Source: the human T2T-CHM13v2.0 reference genome, Homo sapiens. Taken from it: a stretch of DNA of 64,000 bases. The notes under the pieces were generated by a model. That model saw only the letters and a list, made by a program, of their open reading frames with translations. It was not told the origin of the DNA and did not search any database. Numbering within the stretch: the first letter of the stretch is position 1; each line of letters opens with the position of its first letter. Location of the stretch: NCBI RefSeq assembly GCF_009914755.1, contig NC_060925.1; one strand, given 5' to 3'. Below, piece after piece: positions 59,101-64,000 of this stretch. Position numbers and translations under genes: made by a program.

Positions 59101-62100
59101 AATGGAATCATCGAATGGAATGGAATGGAACAGTCAATGAACTCGAATGGAATCATTATTGAATGGAATCGAATGGAATCATCGAGTGGAATCGAATGGA
59201 ATTATGATCAAATGGAATCGAATGTAATCATCATCAAATGGAATCAAAAATAACCATCATCAATTGGTATTGAATGGAATTGTCATCAAATGGAATTTAA
59301 GGGAATCATCATCAAATGGAACCGAATGGAATCCTCATTGAATGGAAATGAAAGTGGTCATCATCTAATGGAATCGCATGGAATCATCATCAAATGGAAT
59401 CGAATGGAATCATCATCAAATGGAATCTAATGGAATCATTGAAAGAATTGAATGGAATCATCATCGAATGAATTGAATGCAATCATCGAATGGTCTCGAA
59501 TGGAATCATCTTCTAATGGAAAGGAATGGAATCATCGCATAGAATCGAATGGAATTATCATCGAATGGAATCGAATGGTATCAACACCAAACGGAAAAAT
59601 ACGGAATTATCGAATGGAATCGAAGAGAATCATCGAAGGGACCCGAATGGAATCATCTAATGGAATGGAATGGAATAATCCATGGACTCGAATGCAATCA
59701 TCATCGAATGGAATCGAATGGAATCATTGAAAGGACTCGAATGGAATAATCATTGAACGGAATCGAATGGAATCATCATCGGATGGAAATGAATGGAATC
59801 ATCATCGAATGGAATCGAATAGAATTATGGAATGAAATCCAGTGTGATCATCATCGAATGGACCCGAATGGAATCATCATCCAACGGAAGCTAATGGAAT
59901 CAACATCGAATGAATCGAATGGAAACACCATCGAATTGAAACGAATGGAATTATCATGAAATTGAAATGGATGGACTCATCATCGAATGGATTCGAATGG
60001 AATCATCGAATAAAATTGATTGAAATCATCATCGAATGGAATCGAATGGTATCATTGAATGGAATCGAATGGAATCATCATCTGATGGAAATGAATGGAA
60101 TCGTCATAGAATGGAATCGAATGGATTCACTGAATGGAATCAGATGGAATCATCGAATGGACTGGAATGGAATCATTGAATGGACTCGAAAGGGATCATT
60201 ATTGAATGGAATTGAATGGAATCATCGAATGGTCTCGATTGGAATCATTATCAAATGGAATCGAATGGAATCATCGAATAGAATCGAATGGAACAATCAT
60301 CGAATGGACTCCAATGGAATTATCCTCAAATGGAATCGAATGGAAATATCGAATGCAATCGAATGGAATTATCGAATGCAATCGAATAGAATCATCGAAT
60401 GGACTCGAATGGAATCATCGAATGGAATGGAACGGAACAGTCAATGAACTCGAATGGAATCATCATTGAATGGAATCGAATGGAATCATCGAGTGGAATC
60501 GAATGGAATTATGATCAAATGGAATCGAATGTAATCATCATCAAATGGAATCAAAAATAACCATCATCAATTGGTATTGAATGGAATTGTCATCAAATGG
60601 AATTCAAAGGAATCATCATCAAATGGAACTGAATGGAATCCTCATTGAATGGAAATGAAAGGGGTCATCATCTAATGGAATCGCATGGAATCATCATCAA
60701 ATGGAATCGAATGGAATCATCATCAAATGGAATCTAATGGAATCATTGAAAGAATTGAATGGAATCATCATCGAATGAATTGAATGCAATCATCGAATGG
60801 TCTCGAATGGAATCATCTTCTAATGGAAAGGAATGGAATCATCGCATAGAATCGAATGGAATTATCATCGAATGGAATCGAATGGTATCAACACCAAACG
60901 GAAAAAAACGGAATTATGGAATGGAATCGAAGAGAATCTTCGAACGGACCCGAATGGAATCATCTAATGGAATGGAATGGAATAATCCATGGACACGAAT
61001 GCAATCATCATCGAATGGAATCGAATGGAATCATCGAATGGACTCGAATGGAATAATCATTGAACGGAATCGAATGGAATCATCATCGCATGGAAACGAA
61101 TGGAATCATCATCGAATGGAAATGAAAGGAGTCATCATCTAATGGAATTGCATGGAATCATCATCAAATGGAATCGAATGGAATCAACATCAAATGGAAT
61201 CAAATGGAATCATTGAACGGAATTGAATGGAATCGTCATCGAATGAATTGAATGCAATCATCGAATGGTCTCGAATGGAATCATCTTAAAATGGAATGGA
61301 ATGGAATCATCGCATAGAATCGAATGGAATTATCATCGAATGGAATCGAATGGAATCAACATCAAACGGAAAAAAACGGAATTATCGAATGGAATCGAAG
61401 AGAATCATCGAATGGACCCGAATGGAATCATCTAATGGAATGGAATGGAATAATCCATGGACTCGAATGCAATCATCATCGAATGGAATCGAATGGAATC
61501 ATCGAATGGACTCGAATGGAATAATCATTGAACGGAATCGAATGGAATCATCATCGGATGGAAATGAATGGAATCATCATCGAATGGAATCGAATAGAAT
61601 TATGGAATGAAATCCAGTGTGATCATCATCGAATGGACCCGAATGGAATCATCATCCAACGGAAGCTAATGGAATCAACATCGAATGAATCAAATGGAAA
61701 CACCATCGAATTGAAACGAATGGAATTACCATGAAATTCAAATGGATGGACTCATCATCAAATGGATTCGAGTGGAATCATCAAATAAAATTGATTGAAA
61801 TCATCATCGAATGGAATCGAATGGTATCATTGAATGGAATCGAATGGAATCATCATCAGATGGAAATGAAAGGAATCGTCATAGAATGGAATCGAATGGA
61901 TTCATTGAATGGAATCAGATGGAATCATCGAATGGACTGGAATGGAATCATTGAATGGACTCGAAAGGGATCATTATTGAATGGAATTGAATGGAATCAT
62001 CGAATGGTCTCGATTGGAATCATTATCAAATGGAATCGAATGGAATCACCGAATAGAATCGAATGGAACAATCATCGAATGGACTCAAATGGAATTATCC

Positions 62101-64000
62101 TCAAATGGAATCGAATGGAATTATCGAATGCAATCGAATGGAATTATCGAATGCAATCGAATAGAATCAACGAATGGACTCGAATGGAATCATCGAATGG
62201 AATGGAATGGAACAGTCAATGAACTCGAATGGAATCATCATTGAATGGAATCGAATGGAATCATCGAGTGGAATCTAAAGGAATTATGACCAAATGGAAT
62301 CGAATGTAATCATCATCAAATGGAATCAAAAATAAACATCATCAATTGGTATTGAATGGAATTGTCATCAAATGGAATTCAAAGGAATCATCATCAAATG
62401 GAACCGAATGGAATCCTCATTGAATGGAAATGAAAGGGGTCATCATCTAATGGAATCGCATGGAATCATCATCAAATGGAATCGAATGGAATCATCATCA
62501 AATGGAATCTAATGGAATCATTGAACAGAATTGAATGGAATAGTCATCGAATGAATTGAATGCAATCATCGAATGGTCTCGAATGGAATCATCTTCTAAT
62601 GGAAAGGAATGGAATCATCGCATAGAATCGAATGGAATTATCATCGAATGGAATCGAATGATATCAACACCAAACGGAAAATAACGGAATTATCGAATGG
62701 AATCGAAGAGAATCTTCGAACGGACCCGAATGGAATCATCTAATGGAATGGAATGGAATAATCCATGGACTCGAATGCAATCATCATCGAATGGAATCGA
62801 ATGGAATCATCGAATGGACTCGAATGGAATAATCATTGAACGGAATCGAATGGAATCATCATCGGATGGAAACGAATGGAATCATCATCGAATGGAAATG
62901 AAAGGAGTCATCATCTAATGGAATTGCATGGAATCATCATCAAATGGAATCGAATGGAATCAACATCAAATGGAATCAAATGGAATCATTGAACGGAATT
63001 GAATGGAATCGTCATCGAATGAATTGAATGCAATCATCGAATGGTCTCAAATGGAATCATCTTCAAATGGAATGGAATGGAATCATCGCATAGAATCGAA
63101 TGGAATTATCATCGAATGGAATCGAATGGAATCAACATCAAACGGAAAAAAACGGAATTATCGAATGGAATCGAAGAGAATCATCGAATGGACCCGAATG
63201 GAATCATCTAATGGAATGGAATGGAATAATCCATGGACTCGAATGCAATCATCATCGAATGGAATCGAATGGAATCATCGAATGGACTCGAATGGAATAA
63301 TCATTGAACGGAATCGAATGGAATCATCATCGGATGGAAATGAATGGAATCATCATCGAATGGAATCGAATAGAATTATGGAATGAAATCCAGGGTGATC
63401 ATCATCGAATGGACCCGAATGGAATCATCATCCAACGGAAGCTAATGGAATCAACATCGAATGAATCAAATGGAAACACCATCGAATTGAAACGAATGGA
63501 ATTATCATGAAATTGAAATGGATGGACTCATCATCGAATGGATTCGAATGGAATCATCGAATAAAATTGATTGAAATCATCATCGAATGGAATCGAATGG
63601 TATCATTGAATGGAATCGAATGGAATCATCCTCAGATGGAAATGAATGGAATCGTCATAGAATGGAATCGAATGGATTCATTGAATGGAATCAGATGGAA
63701 TCATCGAATGGACTGGAATGGAATCATTGAATGGACTCGAAAGGGATCATGATTGAATGGAATTGAATGGAATCATCGAATGGTCTCGATTGGAATCATT
63801 ATCAAATGGAATCGAATGGAATCACCGAATAGAATCGAATGGAACAATCATCGAATGGACTCAAATGGAATTATCCTCAAATGGAATCGAATGGAATTAT
63901 CGAATGCAATCGAATGGAATTATCGAATGCAATCGAATAGAATCATCGAATGGACTCGAATGGAATCATCGAATGGAATGGAATGGAACAGTCAATGAAC
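50181..64000 (+). repeat. ~18.9-kb super-repeat, copy 2 (truncated by window end; corresponds to 31301-45267)
   Basis: Shares rare markers with copy 1, e.g. GAAATGAGTC, TGAAGGGAGTCG, GAATTTAAGGG, TCTTAAAATGG, CCAGGGTGATC, CATCCTCAGATGG. Confidence 0.92.

Larger units (their letters stand above)
1..64000 (+). repeat. Human Satellite II (HSat2/HSATII) pericentromeric tandem array, GAATG-rich strand on +; probably the chr1q12 1.77-kb family
   Basis: Continuous diverged GAATG pentamers organised as ATCGAATGGAATC and ATCATCGAATGGAATC (CATTCGATTC on the minus strand, the HSat2 signature, unlike the purer (GGAAT)n of HSat3). Very dense TCGA sites. Period of 1,776 bp. No unique sequence seen. Chromosome assignment rests on the known 1.77-kb EcoRI unit, not on a search. 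Confidence 0.97.

Noticed and set aside
253-63998. About 200 plus-strand ORFs of 60-163 aa (MESSSNE..., MKLKWMD...)
   Set aside because: Low-complexity translations of GAATG-derived repeats (MEWN/NGIE/RMES), overlapping in several frames, freely broken by stops and frameshifts between copies, with no recognisable domain. They reflect the satellite period, not genes.
1-64000. Absence of minus-strand ORFs
   Set aside because: Explained by frequent plus-strand TCA (TGA on the minus strand); a compositional effect, not evidence of plus-strand coding.
1-64000. CRISPR-like repeat/spacer arrangement of 23-26-bp monomers
   Set aside because: No unique spacers, no leader and no cas genes; the intervening sequence is itself satellite.
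1-64000. HSat3 or alpha-satellite identity
   Set aside because: Pure GGAAT runs are short (about 3-4 copies), CATTCGATTC-type motifs dominate, and no 171-bp period or CENP-B box was seen.
1-64000. Inversion or strand switch within the array
   Set aside because: No CATTC-rich tract seen on the plus strand; orientation is uniform throughout.

Overview
The whole 64-kb window is one uninterrupted, single-orientation array of classical Human Satellite II (HSat2/HSATII), a diverged (GAATG/CATTC)n sequence rich in ATCGAATGGAATC and ATCATCGAATGG. Its dominant period is 1,776 bp with one GAATTC per unit (1401, 3177), matching the 1.77-kb EcoRI repeat typical of the chromosome 1q12 array; the chromosome assignment is inferred. 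I see no genes, RNA genes, transposon insertions, CRISPR arrays or inversions, and the listed ORFs are by-products of the repeat. The interest is architectural. 23/26-bp monomers build a 468-bp 'A' subunit and a 1,308-bp 'B' subunit that share a ~360-bp head. The array runs from a regular (B+A)n zone (1-10.4 kb), through a scrambled mosaic zone (10.4-31.3 kb), into a near-identical ~18.9-kb tandem super-repeat (31.3-50.2 kb, repeated from 50.2 kb to the window end). Most larger rearrangement junctions sit on visible microhomologies. I found no support for a novel protein-coding or mobile system. Coordinates come from ORF-track offsets and by-eye comparison, not computed alignments.
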